Positions 61,326-64,000 of a stretch of 64,000 nt of DNA are shown piece by piece (position 1 is the first letter of the stretch; every line of letters starts with the position of its first letter). Source of the DNA: Candidatus Latescibacterota bacterium (lineage in GTDB: Bacteria > Latescibacterota > UBA2968 > UBA8231); NCBI GenBank assembly GCA_965243025.1, contig CBDETY010000003.1, forward strand, positions 896,001 through 960,000. Reading direction: 5' to 3'. The notes under the pieces are model-generated. The model was not told the origin of the DNA and made no database searches. It was given only the letters and a program-made list of their open reading frames with translations. Made by a program: the position numbers and the translations under genes.

Positions 61326-61450
61326 GCCAGAACCCAAGAGGGCAACTTTCTCCGCCGGGGGAGAAATGCCGGGGACGCACCGGTTGGGGTTCACCCTCTC
61401 GGTCTGAGCAAACCCGGCATCTTGCGACCGTTAAAAGGAGAGGTTGCCCG

Positions 61451-61543
61451 ATGAGAAGGTTCCTTTTGAAAAGGTTCCTATTGGCCGCTCTGATTGCCGT
61501 GGTGGCGGCCATTGTTCTTACGGTGCTGCGAGTGATTCCATAA
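61451..61543 (+). CDS. 30-aa hydrophobic peptide MRRFLLKRFLLAALIAVVAAIVLTVLRVIP
   Basis: AGGAGAGG RBS; paralog at 62411..62488 conserves frame and stop position. Confidence 0.65.
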   Translation: MRRFLLKRFLLAALIAVVAAIVLTVLRVIP

Positions 61544-61560
61544 GGGCGTTCCATGTCCGG

Positions 61561-61833
61561 TCATCCTTTCTTCACCGCCATTTTCCTGATCTCCTCCAGG
61601 GCGGTGTCCAGATACGGATCCATGATACCCTCGGATTCTCCCAACAACTCCAGCAGTGCGAAGGTGAGGCATATAGCCTGCACGGCCGACACCGGGAGGG
61701 CGATCCCTCCCATCTCGGGGTGCCGGAAGAAGATGGCAATACAGGCTGGATCTACGTCCGCCATCAGGTGAACTTTCTCGAAGGCCACGTCCTGATATAC
61801 GGATTCGATTTTGCTTCTCGTTTCGTGGTTCAT
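61561..61833 (-). CDS. Hypothetical protein
   Basis: GGAAAGGA RBS before MNHETRSKI; 90 aa. Confidence 0.6.
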   Translation of the reverse strand: MNHETRSKIESVYQDVAFEKVHLMADVDPACIAIFFRHPEMGGIALPVSAVQAICLTFALLELLGESEGIMDPYLDTALEEIRKMAVKKG

Positions 61834-62070
61834 TGACTGTATTCCTTTCCCGGAAAGGGGGATTTGGCTAAGGAAACGAAGGGTGGCCAGCCCCAAGGGT
61901 CGAAGCCCTGTGGGGGGATGCATCAGAGAACCGTTACAGGACCGGAGGAACCGGCGAAGGATGCAGGCCGACGACTATTTCGGGAGCATCTTCAGCCGGC
62001 AGGGTAGGGTGATTTTCGAGTTGACTTGGGGGTCAACCAACACCTGTTCGTCTGCCCTGAGGGCGAAGCG

Positions 62071-62310
62071 GTGACGGACGAAGAGCTGGGGAGGGAGTTC
62101 GAAGAACAGGTGCTGGCGTCGCCTTACGAAACCCTGGGATGCTCGCCGGAGATGTCCAACAAGGAACTGGAACGGGAATTCAGGGAGTTATGCCAGGAGT
62201 ATCCCCCGGACAGGGCTGTCCGGCCAGGAGATTCCCGCAGGTATCGTCATGCTGGCCGAGGAGCGGTTCCAGGAGATTCAAAGCGCTTACGAAGTCGTGG
62301 TGCCCTCCCG
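62071..62310 (+). pseudogene. Frameshifted DjlA-like J-domain fragment
   Basis: PYETLGCS...RELCQEYPPDR (HPD altered to PPD), then LAEERFQEIQSAYE in another frame. Confidence 0.65.
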
Positions 62311-62410
62311 GAGCTGATCCCGTCTGCCCGTACCCATCCTTCGATCTTTGGAGAGGTGAAGAACCAGCGATTCCCCGGCACCTTGGGAACCGTGAAGAAG
62401 GAGTTGGCCG

Positions 62411-62488
62411 GTGAGAAGGTTCCTTATTGCCGCTCTGGTTGCCGTGGCGGCGGCCATTGTTCTTACGATGCTGCGAGTGATTCCATGA
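62411..62488 (+). CDS. 25-aa hydrophobic peptide (GTG start) RRFLIAALVAVAAAIVLTMLRVIP
   Basis: AAGGAG RBS; paralog of 61451..61543. Confidence 0.6.
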   Translation: MRRFLIAALVAVAAAIVLTMLRVIP

Positions 62489-62793
62489 GTAGCAGGGCGA
62501 AGTAGGCTTCGCGGAAATCCCCGATCAGCTATTTCGGGTGGCATTCCAGTGCAAGCTGGAGGAGGACAACCTCGGAATCCGCAAAGTCGAAGAAGCGGCG
62601 ATTTGGCTTCGATTTCTTCGCTCTTTCCATTCGACGGAGGCAGAGGGAACCGAAAGGGGGTCCTGACGAACCGGCAAAATGCGGGAGTGCTCTTTCCGGC
62701 TCAAGAAGACTGCGCGCGAAGGCGCAGTTTCAATAGACGAACAAGAGGCTCCGGCCCATTGCCTTCCAGCCTGCTCGATTCCCCCTGCCGCAA

Positions 62794-62946
62794 CTATCCG
62801 TCATCGTCGGTCGTTCTCTTTTCCTCTTCGGGATCTTCCTTCTCGCTGCACGGTATACAGATGTGCTGGCCGGGGGTGGGCCTGTAGAACAGGTGCCAGA
62901 GCCTGATTTCCTGGCCGCATACGCAGCAGACCGGCTTGAAAACCAT
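62794..62946 (-). CDS. Small CxxC...CxxC zinc-finger-like protein with acidic tail
   Basis: TAATG overlap with the upstream ORF; CCVC...CIPC. Confidence 0.55.
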   Translation of the reverse strand: MVFKPVCCVCGQEIRLWHLFYRPTPGQHICIPCSEKEDPEEEKRTTDDDG

Positions 62947-63164
62947 TACTGCCTCGTGTCCCGGATTCGGCCCTCCTCGTCCACGAAGATCCGGAAGAGC
63001 GAGGCCACCATTTTTCGCGAGGACTTGGCAAGGCCGTGCACGCACTCGATGCAGACATCGAACTTCCTCCCCTCGGCCATGCCGGCCGTTCCAACCTTGA
63101 GTTGGCCGCGCAGGTCGTCTTCGCCTACGACCCCGTTGCAGATATCACAGATGGTGGTTGCCAT
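62946..63164 (-). CDS. Small CxxC...CxxC zinc-finger-like protein
   Basis: AGGAGG RBS; CDIC...CIEC; abuts the HTH gene stop. Confidence 0.7.
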   Translation of the reverse strand: MATTICDICNGVVGEDDLRGQLKVGTAGMAEGRKFDVCIECVHGLAKSSRKMVASLFRIFVDEEGRIRDTRQ

Positions 63165-63395
63165 TTACGCCCTCCTTTCCCGGTGGATTGAGGCTTTCCA
63201 GGACAGGAACAAGCCCTGTTCCTGGTGGTGGATGATGGCTCCCATGAGCCGGAGATACCTATCTGGCATCGTCCGCTTTCCCTTCTCCCACAGGCACACT
63301 TCGGCTTCGCTGACTCCCAGGGCGAGGCCCAGCTCCCATTGCTTCATGCCCAGGGCGTCTCTGGCCCTTTTCAGCTGATCTTGGGTCATCTTCAT
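63165..63395 (-). CDS. XRE/Cro-like helix-turn-helix protein
   Basis: LKRARDALGMKQWELGLALGVSEAEVCLWEKG; GGAGA RBS. Confidence 0.85.
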   Translation of the reverse strand: MKMTQDQLKRARDALGMKQWELGLALGVSEAEVCLWEKGKRTMPDRYLRLMGAIIHHQEQGLFLSWKASIHRERRA

Positions 63396-63403
63396 TCTCT
63401 CCA

Positions 63404-64000
63404 GTGCGCCGGCCAAACCGGCGAGGTGTAAGAGGTGAAAGTCCTTCGTGTCGAAGGTGTAGCGAACCACGACAGCCCCGAGTCATGCGTGTGTACCGGT
63501 AACGGCGCAGGCGAAGCGTTGGCAGGGGGAGGCGTAGGTCCGGTATTGAGCCGCGAAATGAATGAACCCCTCCCAGGTGCCGACCCGCTTGGAGACGAGG
63601 GAAGGCCACACCGGTGGGCGCGATATCGCCAGTGCCTATCGGACCCGGCGCGGTCAGAGACCCGGTGCATGCGCCCAGGCACCTCGTACGGGAACCGGGA
63701 GGTCCGGCGGTTGGCCCGGGGGGATGGTCCCCGGGTCCGCATCGGGAACCCATATGGGATACGCCGATGACGTACGACCGCCGGAAGTCGGACAGCCCCA
63801 TACAACCGAGGAACCCCGCGAACGAGGGCGGTCGGACCGCTGCGCCGGCGGCGGAGCGGGAGGAGGAAAGGGGGCTGGCCAAGGGGAACGCGCGCGAGCA
63901 ACCCAGGTCCCGGGCGCAGATCCGGATCGGCCTGCAACAAGCGCTCGAACGCGTACGGCAAGCAGCGGTTCGAGACAGGACCCCGTACCTGAAGTGGCAT
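63404..64000 (+). mobile_element. Group II intron, 5' part (runs off the window)
   Basis: GTGCG 5' boundary; domain I-like blocks GGTGAAAGTCC, GAAGGTGTAGCGAACCAC, CCCCGAGTCATGCG, GAAGCGTTG; AAGTCGGACAGCCCCATA. Confidence 0.88.
63767..64000 (+). CDS. N-terminus of the intron-encoded reverse transcriptase/maturase ORF (partial)
   Basis: MTYDRRKSDSPIQP...RGLAKGN...ALERVRQAA is a typical group II intron ORF leader; open to the window end; no RT catalytic motifs visible. Confidence 0.7.
   Translation, partial: MTYDRRKSDSPIQPRNPANEGGRTAAPAAEREEERGLAKGNAREQPRSRAQIRIGLQQALERVRQAAVRDRTPYLKWH

Noticed and set aside
1-64000. Many long antisense or alternate-frame ORFs in the track (e.g. 7350..8963 minus, 13108..15279 plus, 36819..38240 minus)
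   Set aside because: They are shadows of GC-rich repetitive genes or transposases, with no independent motifs or RBS.
3355-64000. Diversity-generating retroelement (paralog pairs plus an RT at the window end)
   Set aside because: Differences between repeat copies are not restricted to adenines in one copy, and the RT leader sits inside a group II intron structure.

Overview
GC-rich bacterial accessory region with no housekeeping core and no rRNA or tRNA genes that I can recognise. The gene repertoire resembles sponge-associated Latescibacterota/Gemmatimonadota-like symbionts (inference from protein types only). From 1 to 51 kb lies an array of very large secreted modular proteins built from a shared parts list: HExxH zinc-peptidase domains, WD40, LRR, YWTD and WSDG propeller repeats, CARDB/Ig domains, a dockerin/EF-hand-like DFDGDG module and a FlgD-Ig/T9SS-like NPFN...TRKLTLLR domain. 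Many broken copies are interspersed, along with an isolated HTH-WYL regulator preceded by two GAC-N7-GTC boxes, a CTAG-linked IS630/IS1182-like/IS630 stack, an IS481, and about five condensed IS256-like relics. From 56 to 64 kb is a mobile-element-like region: IS1595 transposase, RadC, SWIB, a frameshifted ankyrin gene, twin small hydrophobic peptides, Zn-finger/HTH genes and the 5' end of a group II intron. The main unexplained signals are: a second C-terminal tail motif (T/S)WG-x-(V/L)K on four signal-peptide proteins or remnants; two halves of one gene separated by about 47 kb; a solitary type I-C-like CRISPR repeat at a rearrangement junction; an 89-bp structured direct repeat; and near-identical 3' cassettes suggesting recombinational domain shuffling. 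All family assignments are from motif recognition by eye, without database searches.
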